This document shows, in pieces, positions 54,337 through 64,000 of a stretch of DNA of 64,000 bases (positions within the stretch are counted from its first letter, which is position 1; each line of letters starts with the position of its first letter). The notes below the pieces were generated by a model. It saw only the letters and a program-made list of their open reading frames with translations. It was not told the origin of the DNA and did no database searches. The translations under genes were made by a program, and so were the position numbers. The stretch comes from Vicugna vicugna (lineage: Eukaryota): NCBI GenBank assembly GCA_013265495.1, contig MU058103.1:124001-188000 (forward strand). The letters are read 5' to 3'.

Positions 54337-55095
54337 AAGGTTACACTTAATTTTATTATAGCAGCAGGGCATGTACATGGTGGCTAGAAGAAGAGGGTAA
54401 TTAAAAATGTTTTCATTTAGCATCAATGAGTCCAAATATCTGTTCTGGTTTTTGTCAAGTTAATTCAGTGGGTGATCCCTTTAGGAAGGTTAACTGTGTG
54501 GATACTCTGGCTGAGAGATGTGAAATGTAGGGTGAAAGAAGAAAAGTGTAAGGGGGAAATACCTTAAGAACATTTTTAAAAAATTCAAGATAATAAAAAT
54601 ACTTAAAGGATATGCTTGGTTGATAGGCTTCCGTAGATGTCTTATTGAAGCCTGAATTAATATACAGTAGTTACGATCACAACATCTAGTATCTATAGCC
54701 TTTCATTGATGACTTCATTTTCATCTCCCCAGGGCAGAAGAAATGGCTTCTTCAACTGAACTTTCTTAGGCACTCAGGGTAGCATTCATATAAAAGTTAG
54801 TTCTTTCATTTCTTTTATTTCCATGCTGTTTTCTCTCCCAAAAGTTTTGGAAACTATTTAAAAAGGATAGATATTATATTCAGCTGTATGTGCATGTATT
54901 TAATAATCCCTGATTTTCCCACTGTGCTATGCCTATTGTAGCTGTTCAAGGAAAATTTGTGGAACCAACATATAAATGAGCACAAAGAGTTATACAGGGC
55001 AGAAACATACTTTCCACAAAAAAGTTATGATGTCTTTATAAAAGGAAGAAAGCTGGCATGTTTCTTCTAAACCTATTTCAAAAGGAGGTTCTACA

Positions 55096-55164
55096 CACAA
55101 CATTGTAAAATGACTATAACTCAATAAAAAATGTAAAAACAAAAAACAAAAACAAAAACAAGCC
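55096..55164 (+). mobile_element. Extremely 5'-truncated L1 with A-rich tail and 17-bp TSD
   Basis: cacaacattgtaaaatgactataactcaataaaaaatgt plus an (A/C)-rich tail; caaaaggaggttctaca at 55079-55095 and 55165-55181. Confidence 0.92.
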
Positions 55165-56398
55165 CAAAAGGAGGTTCTACAATGCTTTAGTGTTGCAGAG
55201 ATATTCTTGCTTGTGCTTAAGAGTTAGTTGCCTTAGTTGTTTTTGCTGAACCATGAGTGATTTACTATAAATTATATATTTATATTTAAAACATATAAAA
55301 CATATTATATACATATATGTGAAATATGTATACACCTATTCACATATAAATATATATTCTTATATATGAATGTATGTATTTTATATGATATTTGTATATT
55401 TGTTCTTTTGCTTAATATCTTTTTTTATCTTTCTTGAGGATTTAGTAAATAATTCCCATTCTGTTCACAAAAAACAAGAAAGGTTGATTGTAGTTTGGAT
55501 TCACACTGGTAACCCTTTTCAAGAATACCTTCAATTTGGGTCTGAAAACATCCAACTATACTAAAGCAATTTTTTTTGTTATTTTTTGATTTCCTTCCTC
55601 TATGCCTGTTCACAATGTATGTTTTTTCTACCTGAAAGGCTCTCTTTCCTCATACATGACTTGACTAAGCTACATGCTCTGAGAACATTTCATATCAAAA
55701 ACTACTTATTCCAGAATTCTTACCTAATCATCTCAAGTGAAAGCAATAATTAGGTCTCATGGTTTCCCATTAACTACATATGCACCTCTTAAGATATATT
55801 TTTAATGAGAATTATTACACTTACCTTTACATCTTATACCATTAACTTATGGCCATTAGATGTTATGTTTAGTTTACTTTTATATTTCATAAATGGCTAA
55901 TAGAGAGTAATTATTAAATATTTTATATATGATAAACAGAAAATATACATAGATTTCAAAGTGAGATAGAATTTACTCACTAAACTTCAATGGAAATATT
56001 GTTAATGTATTGCTGTGAATAGATTATTTGAAAATAAACAACTACAGTTTTATAAGGTCCTCTGTAAAGGGATATTTAATAATATTTCACTTCTGAAATT
56101 CTAGAATCAGAACAAGAATTCTCATTTGGAGAAAAAATGTTCATGTAAGTAAATCAGTTAATATAGATAGTGAGCAAAAGCAACTCTGCTTACATTGTGG
56201 TAAGCATTCTAAAAGTGTCAAAAAACTTTCAACTAATCCTAAAATGTCCAGACCCAGTAATAATGGACAACTGAGAAAATATTAATTATAAATTAAATAA
56301 AAAATAAAAACAAAGAAAACCAAAAATCTACAAACTCCTTGAGGCACTTAGTTGTATTCTCAAGGACTATCCAGAGGCCAAGGTTTATCATACACTTA

Positions 56399-56460
56399 TT
56401 TTTTCACATTTTCACATTTCACATTTTTCACATTTTTTCACATTTTTCACATTTTAACAT
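56399..56460. repeat. Degenerate (T3-6 CACA)n tandem repeat
   Basis: About 7 units of ttt(t)cacat. Confidence 0.85.
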
Positions 56461-58249
56461 AAAAATGATCTTAAGTGGATATATATCTGTCTTTTCCCAT
56501 TATCCCAGTCCAAATGGAGTCCTTCAAAAATTTTTTTCACAATACCCACTGGCAGATATAAATACTAGAAGAGGATATGTTAAAGAAATTACAATGACTG
56601 GAATTATTATGGCTTGATATAGTTGGTATAAATAGTGTTTATAAAAGAAAATTCATAAAAATTTATTTAAAAGTCTAATATTGTTTGAAAATGTAACTAT
56701 TTGTCTCATCTTAGGGGAATTCAAAGCCCAGGATGAACCTTTGATGTGATCCTCCAAGTTACTTGCAGTAATCAGAGAACACTGCATCTTTTCTGTGTAA
56801 AAGCTATTTCAACTGGTCTGTAAGAAAAGACTGGTGCTAAGAGATAGGTAGTCAGTCATTGGAGATGTTTCTTGATGTTATTAGTCTAATCAGCAGGCAG
56901 AATTTCAGGGGAAAACCTTCAAGAAATTCTATTATTGTTTCCAGTTTCACTTTTTCTTCTCTCAGGATAGGAAAGTTTGTATTTGCATTTTTAAATATTT
57001 CAGTCATTCTTTATATAGTCTGTTTGTAAAATTTATTAAACAAATTCAGTGTGGACAGTTTAGAAAATCAGCTGTGTGTTGGATAATTAAATCTGTTTAT
57101 ATATGGAATTAGTTATTCAAGCTTGACAAACTCTCATTAACACTTACAGAAATATGGAGTGCTATATACCATACAAACAGGAGCAAAGAAACCACAACAC
57201 TTTCAGACTTGATTATTTCTCCAAAGCCTCTTACTTTCTTATCTTTCTGAATATCTTACATAACCTCAGTGATTATCCTAATGTTATGTGTGTTTAGAAA
57301 TTGAGCATAAGAATTTCTAAATGATGAACCATAATCTTCTGGTGGATTGGCCTTGGAGAAGGAAACATGTAATTGCCCTCAAGCCATTGTGATCTCAAGA
57401 ACCAGTAATTTGTAACACCGAAGATCCTATGAAGACTTACCACCATTAGTATTTATCTAAAGAATTTTGGAAAATAGGATAAAAGCATTTATGAACTTGG
57501 TGGGAATAGAGAATAAGGGTTTTTTTACTCAGAGTTTTACAGTAGGAAACACGGAGGACTCTCAGAGAAATAGAATAAAAATGAAGTCTATGGGGCATGC
57601 TTAACTAATTCAGCTCTAAACAAGATTTAATTAGTCAACTATCTAATAAACATTGGAATTCATAAAGTACACATTTGAGTATGTTGAATAAAAGTTACAA
57701 ATTGCCTATATTCATAACGGATGATTGAAACATCATTAATGATATGTAAATGGAAAACCATTTCATTAGAATTTTGAGGAGGAAAAAGGTAATTAAAAAA
57801 AGAAGTGATGTTAGGTATCTTCCCATTTGAAATGTGCTAATGATAATTTTTGCCAGAAGATGATTGCAGTTCAAGTCCATTTAGCAACCAATCTGCAATC
57901 TAACTGGCTCTTGCCTCTCTCCCTCTTCTGAATTTGGAAATACCTTGTAAGCCTGGTGTCAGGGAATTTGGAGAAGTCCTTTTTTTTTTTTGTCTCATTT
58001 ACTAGATTTTGAAAGACATGTTTGGCAGGGAGTCCCATCTTTATTGTAAATGAAACTTATGCTACTTAAGTTTTCTAAAGCTGTCTGTTTCACTAGCACA
58101 ATGTGTATCACTGAATGCACTGGAGAACTGGCATGATTGTCAAAAGACACTCAGCTGCTGCAGTTTTCATAATGTATGCTCAGACTTCATTGTTTCAGTG
58201 TGGGTTTTGAAGGAAGGAACATATAGCCATTCTCAATGTCGAATATATA

Positions 58250-58460
58250 TGTATTAGATTAAATATAAAATTAAACTAGAAGACCATTCAACTGACGTGG
58301 CTTTAATACTTTGATGGCTTACATAAGTAAACCAAAACCCAAGCCAGTGCCAAGGCACTTGAATCTGAGAAAATGAAACTTAAGAACAACCAATCACAAA
58401 GAGCCAGCTAGGCTTTCCCAAATAAGGCAACCCCTTAAGTTACAGCCAGTCAAATCATCT
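58250..58460 (+). mobile_element. Possible ERV1-type LTR fragment
   Basis: acataagtaaaccaaaacccaagcc...aaccaatcacaaagagccagctaggctttcccaaataaggcaa...acagccagtca, a U3-like motif arrangement. Confidence 0.4.
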
Positions 58461-58739
58461 TAAAATTATCCTTATTGAACAGAAATCCACCTCCATGCAA
58501 CTTGTAGTTCATTTCTCTTTTAAGTAACAACCCTTCAAAAATATAAGCAATCTTTCCTTCACTTTGTGTATATGGTATCCCCATGAATTCAGTCATTACT
58601 CCCCCTAGGTTAGTGATGAACACATTAGTTGTTCTCTGACTTTCTTGCCTAAGCCCCAGAAAGTATCTGATTTGGTGGGATCACCATCGTTCCAAGGAGT
58701 GGTTCTCTCCTTATGACCAGGGACTAAACTTTATATGTT

Positions 58740-59260
58740 AATTAATTTTTTAATTAAAACAGTTTAGTTGAAGTACAGTCAGTTTACAATATTGTGTCAA
58801 TTTCTAGTGTACAGCATAATGTTTCAGTCTTACATATACATACATATATTTCTTTTCATTATAGGTTATTATAAAATACTGAATATAGTTCTCTGTGCTA
58901 TACAGTGTAAACTTGTTCTTTATCTATTTTATATATAATAATATCTGCACATCTCAAACTCCCAATTTATCCTTTCCCACTCCTTTCCCTTTATGGTAAC
59001 CATAAGTTTGTTTTCTCTGAATCTGTTTCTGTTTTGTAAATTAGTTCAATTTTGTCTTTTTTTTTTCTTTTTTAAGATTCCACGTGTGAGTGATATATAG
59101 TATTTTTCTTTCTGGCTTACTTCACTTAAGAATGATGATCTCCAGGTCCATCCATGTTGCTGCAAATAGCATTATTTCATTCTTATGGCTGAGTGGTATT
59201 CCATTATACACACACACACACACACACACATCTTCTTTGTCCAGTCATCTGTCCATTTAG
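58740..59260 (-). mobile_element. L1 3' end fragment with internal (CA)n
   Basis: gttgaagtacagtcagtttacaatattgtgtcaatttctagtgtacagcataatg...tccaggtccatccatgttgctgcaaatagcatt...catcttctttgtccagtcatctgtc. Confidence 0.92.
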
Positions 59261-59591
59261 AGTCACTCAAAATCTGAGGGACTAACTTAAATTAACCGAA
59301 GTCATGAGAGAACAAGTAAGACATCTCCTCTTTTTACTGGCACTGCTATTTATTTTGCATCGCCAACTCTCCTGGATTATTATAAAAACATCCAACTTCT
59401 CTATACCCCTGCCTCCTGTGTTTTGTTGTCTTCAATCTATGCAACCAAACATGTAACATTTTGCTTGATGGGTAGGTTCTCAATAAATGTTTGTTTCAGG
59501 TGTGACTATAACGCCCCACATTATAAATAGATAAGATGGGTGGACCACATGTCTAAATTAGCCCTTAAGAAAAATGATGATAATTTATTAC

Positions 59592-60112
59592 TGTGATAAT
59601 CAGCATAGAAAATAGCCCTTCTGGCTTCCTGATATGCATGGTCTTGTGTAACCCTCTCTTCTACATTGTATCAGAGTTGACCCAGATGAGTAATAAACTA
59701 TGACAAAACTGAGCATATGACCTCTAAGATTGGGTCTTAAAAGGCATTGCATATTTCTTTTGGGGCTCTTGAATTGCTGTGTCTAGGGAAAGCTAGCTTA
59801 TGGGTGAAGGACCCTCAAGTAGCCCTGGGGAAAGACCCACCTGGAGGGGAATTAAAACCCACCAACATCTGTACCAATTTTCTAGGCTTGTATGAACCAC
59901 TTTGTAAGTGGGCTCCCAGCAGTGATTGAGCTTTCAGATGGTCGCAGTCTGAGCAGACATTTTATTGTAGCCTATGAGAGATCCTAAGTCAGAACCACTC
60001 AACCAAGTTAATTTCAAATGTCTCATCCACAGAAACTGTGAGAGATAAGAAATTAAATTGTTGTTTTAAGGCACTCAGATTTTGTTTATGTATGAATAAT
60101 TAATAACTAATA
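59592..60112 (+). mobile_element. MaLR solo LTR (MLT1F/G-like)
   Basis: tgtgataatcagc...ttgtgtaaccctctc...gagagatcctaagtcagaaccac...ccacagaaactgtgagagataag...tgttgttttaaggcact...aataactaata. Confidence 0.8.
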
Positions 60113-60364
60113 AAATTCATAACTAACGACCTTGTTTGAAAAGTTTTAATATCGTTTGAAACTGCTTATAGGCTCCTATAACCCTAGGTCAATACACCCA
60201 TCTCTAAAAACAATAAGGTAAATATCATTTAATTCTTCCAAAACAAATGTGTTGATTTGGTTAAATCCAACTTTCATTTTAAATGGCTACTGCAAATTAC
60301 ATGACTATCTATATATGTATATATGTGATTATTGATATTGATAAGTATATATAAGACTATATAT

Positions 60365-60510
60365 CTCATTTATATGGCATTTTCTATGTTCTGACATAGT
60401 TGTAGACTTTTTGTAGATATTAACTCATTTAATCCTCATAAAGTGTATGGGAGTAGGTACAATTATTAGTCCCCATTTTACAGATGAAGAAACAGGTTTA
60501 AATAAATTAA
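60365..60510 (-). mobile_element. MIR SINE
   Basis: aactcatttaatcctcataaag...gtaggtacaattattagtccccattttacagatgaagaaacaggtt. Confidence 0.75.
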
Positions 60511-62394
60511 ATCATAGACAGGCTCCAAGGTCCATGACTTGCCAGTATGCTATGCAGGCTTGCTGCCTATCTGCCTACATATTTATCAAAATTTCATTTT
60601 GCTACCACACCCCTGAGACATTCTGCATGCTAACCACCTTAATGTTGACTCATTCCTGGCATAATTCTCAATGAGGCCATATACCCTTCAGGTTATGAAA
60701 TAGAATTTTGGAGCTAAAGGGAAAGAGGATGATAATACAGGATAGAAGAAGGACATAAATAGAACAAAATGAACAAGTATACCCTACAAACACAAATCTT
60801 TGCTTGGAATATCTCATTCATATTCCTTTTTACACAGCATCCTTCCCAACCAAGTTAAATTTCTTATCAATCATTTTGCCTAATGAGAGGAAACTATTGG
60901 AGATTTCATGAAGAAACATTGTTTTCTCTACTGATAGACTTGGGTCATCAATCCATTTTTAAGATGGGAAAAGGCTTTGATGTCATGCTATTACATATTT
61001 GCTGCACATTTCCAATAATCTCCAGGGAACTGAGTCAACTAAAATCTGTTTTATGGGTATATTTTTAGTCAGTATTTTAAATAATTATCATCTAAATAGA
61101 TAAATATTAAAAATGTCAAGAACAACAGTGACTCTGTTTTTCCTTTGTATGAATTTCCTATATGCTGCATTTACACAATGGCACTAATCAATTCATACCA
61201 AGTTATCTGGAATATATTTGGATAGATTTGATCTGAGACTAACTTTGCATCTCTGTCTCTTTGAACCTTTGTGTATACTTTTTCCCATAGAAATCTACTG
61301 AACATTCTTAAAAACAAAAATATAGATTGATTCAATTTTTTGCAAGCGACTTATTCTCCCTCTCCAATTTTAAATCATCAATCTGACTGAGTTTTTGGCT
61401 TTTCAAGCATTATTTTTTTTTCCCGCAGTTCTCTTCATGTACTTACAGTCTGTCTTATCCTCCACTCCCATTAGATGCATTTTGTCTCTTTTAGCAGTCT
61501 TGTATTTTGAAAGAGTGCTTTCCATTTCACAGCCTTTCATTCTGACTGGAGACTACTTGTATCCATCAGTGTCCCAGGCACCTGAAGCACAGACAAATTC
61601 AGGGGTAGTAGCATGTGTCTTTTGTCAATCCACCTATCCTGGCTTCCATCTCAATTGTAATAATATACTGCTTTATGGATTGGTTGAGGATCCAGAGTTA
61701 GAGAATCACTGTATGATTATACTTTGTAAAATAGACCAATAATGTTAAGGTTGTCATTATAGGCCTTTGAGGTTTCCTGAAAATGCTCAGTGTATCCAGG
61801 TATAGTTTTACTGACTCTAGTAGATGAGGTTTGAAAATCCCCCTTAAAATTTTTTAACAGTGGAGAGAAGAACACACATGGCACAGAACACATAATTAAA
61901 GGAGTTGCATATTGGAATTTATATTTATTTCTGCATTTTTATTGATCTCTGACATTGGGCATGCCTTGAATTTCTCATTGGTTAAGTGAGACTTAACCGA
62001 TACCTGTTTACTTATTTAATTTCTGGAGTTGTTTGCAAGAATCAAATGAAGGGGGCTGTTTACAAAGACACTTTAAATATTAGCAGTCTTACATAAATAT
62101 GCATAATCTTCAATACTAAAGCATTACATACTTGAATATCTATCCATTCCCCTTCCCCTCACTGAAGGAAGGGACTATATTTTATTCATCTTTGTACCTT
62201 CTATGGCATCAATGTCACTAAATGGCATAAAGCATATTATCAAGCAATCAATAAATATAGAATAGATTGTGATTGATTTTTAAAAATTTTTCCATGATGC
62301 ATGGTGCAGAAAAATGGATGGTATCCAAATACAGCATATTATATTTTGACATGTCTGGGGGAAAAGAGGAAGTTATGAAGAAATACTATGTTCA

Positions 62395-62815
62395 TTGATT
62401 GCTGGTTAATATTTAACAACCAATTTCCAGGAAAGGTGCAGAGGAATGGAAGTCCTATTTTAGAATCTGCTGATGTATTTCCATGGTATAAACACTCCCA
62501 CCATTATTGAATTCTGGTTACAGTGTGGGAAATTGGAGTTGGAAAGATATATGCACTAGCACACCATTATATAGTATTTCCAGATTACAGATACAACAGA
62601 TGTAAATAACTTCAAGAACAAAGATATGAGTAAAATGTAGTAGAAGTTAAGAAGTCATGCATTTTGATTATTTATTACTTGTGTTTGTAACATAATTTAA
62701 CTAAGTTTATAAGATTTAATTTGTAATGATTGCTGTGTTTAACAGTCATATCACAAAATTACTAAAAATGTGAACATTGGCTCACATGAGCTGAGGTGAG
62801 ATAGCTCTGGTACCT
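62395..62815. mobile_element. MER63-like hAT-Blackjack element
   Basis: gctggttaatatttaacaacc...ttccatggtataaacactcccacca...gcacaccattatatagtatttcc...acagatgtaaataacttcaaga...aacattggctcacatgagctg. Confidence 0.7.
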
Positions 62816-63134
62816 AGATGAATGTATTCCTTTCTTTGAGATAGCTCTGACACTTTGCAAAAACATTATCCGTAGTATATCATAGTTTGTAATGAAACAT
62901 AAAGTGGGTTTTTCTGCACTTCATTCCAGGAATTTTATATATTAAATATTAATATTTGTTTTGCAAGGAAATTTTAGATCCTGTCCCTTTTTTTTCATGT
63001 CTTCTGTCAAGAATTAAAATATCTTTATAAATTGTACACTGATTAAGATGTTCACCACTTTACATATGCATATAAAGTAACCACATCATGTTTTAGATCA
63101 CTGCTGCAACTGTAAAGAATAAAAGAAAGATTTA

Positions 63135-64000
63135 GGAGGAGGAGTCAAAGTGGTAGAATAGGAGGTTGTGGAGCTCACCTGCCCCCATGAACACATCAAG
63201 AATACATCTACACGTGGAGCGATTCTCACTGAAAACAAACTGGAGACCATCAGAAAATCCCTTACACAACCAAATCTGTGAGAAAGATCCCCACGGAGTC
63301 ATGTAGGAAGGAAAGAGAAGGGATCAGGTTTGGACCCATACCCTTAGGATGGGTCACAGAAGAAGAGGGGCATTGCAGGGGCTCATATATCATTCCTTGG
63401 GACTGAGCATTTCAAACCACATATTGAGCACCCCATATCTGGAGTCTGACATGAGGGAAATAAGATATTTTAGCTGGTTTGAAAACCAGTGGGACTGATA
63501 GCCAGGCTGTAAGAAACCTAGACTCCTTTTGTGAAGAATGCATACAAAATTGCTTACTCCCCAAACAAAGTAGAAGAAGCAGATTAAAACTGCCTGCGAC
63601 TCTGGCTGGTTTCCTGTGACCACCCCAATGCATGCCCCAACCTGAGCCAAGCACCCACTCGAGCCACTATTCCTCTGTGGAGCTGCTCCCAACCAGGGCA
63701 AAGGCTGCTGATACCAAGGAGAGTGCACGATTATGAGGTACAGAGCTGGCTAAGCCCTAGCACAGCATCTGAACGGGCCCAAGACAGTCATTACTCGTGG
63801 AGGGAGCAGTGTGGGAGTGATCTGGAACTCTTACTGGTATGCCAGGAGTGTCCAGAATGGGCCCTAGCCTGCACCAGGCACCTGTTCCAGCCTCTCTTGC
63901 TTGAGCACTGCTATCCTCTGGGGTGAAGGTGCCAATGTTGTAAGGGAACAGAGCACACACTTAGAGGAAACAGAGCCAGCTTGGACCCAACCTTCAGGGA
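63135..64000 (+). mobile_element. L1 5' UTR (element continues beyond the window)
   Basis: ggaggagtcaaagtggtagaataggaggttgtggagctcacctgcccccatgaacacatcaagaatacatctacacgtggagcgattctcactgaaaacaaactggag resembles laurasiatherian L1 5' ends; GC content rises; preceded by an A-rich site. Confidence 0.8.

Noticed and set aside
56399..56460. CRISPR-like or coding repeat (HIF repeats in ORF 56339-56617)
   Set aside because: It is a simple degenerate microsatellite without spacers, in a eukaryotic context.
163..63960. The many 60-140 aa ORFs in the ORF track as cellular genes
   Set aside because: They are short, low-complexity and often lie inside repeats or microsatellites, with no recognisable domains or exon structure. 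Only the L1 ORF2 and ERV remnants are interpretable.

Overview
This is AT-rich, CpG-depleted mammalian genomic DNA. I infer a camelid from the style of the L1 3' ends and a tRNA-Ala-derived SINE. I can support no cellular protein-coding exon or functional RNA gene; the window reads as a large intron or intergenic region full of interspersed repeats (L1, L2, MIR, MaLR/MLT1 LTRs, hAT and Tigger DNA-transposon fossils, microsatellites). The only ORFs with recognisable products are an L1 ORF2 reverse-transcriptase fragment (53.3-54.3 kb) and retroviral gag/env remnants. Four structures stand out. (1) An apparently perfect, exactly 500-bp head-to-tail tandem duplication (16653-17152 / 17153-17652). 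(2) A two-LTR class III-like provirus (4272-9787, 5-bp TSD) carrying an env-like remnant, a nested ERV1-like segment and an L1. (3) An internal L1 ORF2 fragment with no 3' UTR or poly(A), flanked by a 7-bp direct repeat, suggesting internal priming. (4) A perfect 15-bp-arm hairpin at 3532-3567 whose arm also occurs inverted about 2 kb upstream. I found no convincing evidence for a new biological system. Repeat family names come from recalled consensus similarity, and boundaries are approximate unless a TSD or exact repeat is quoted.
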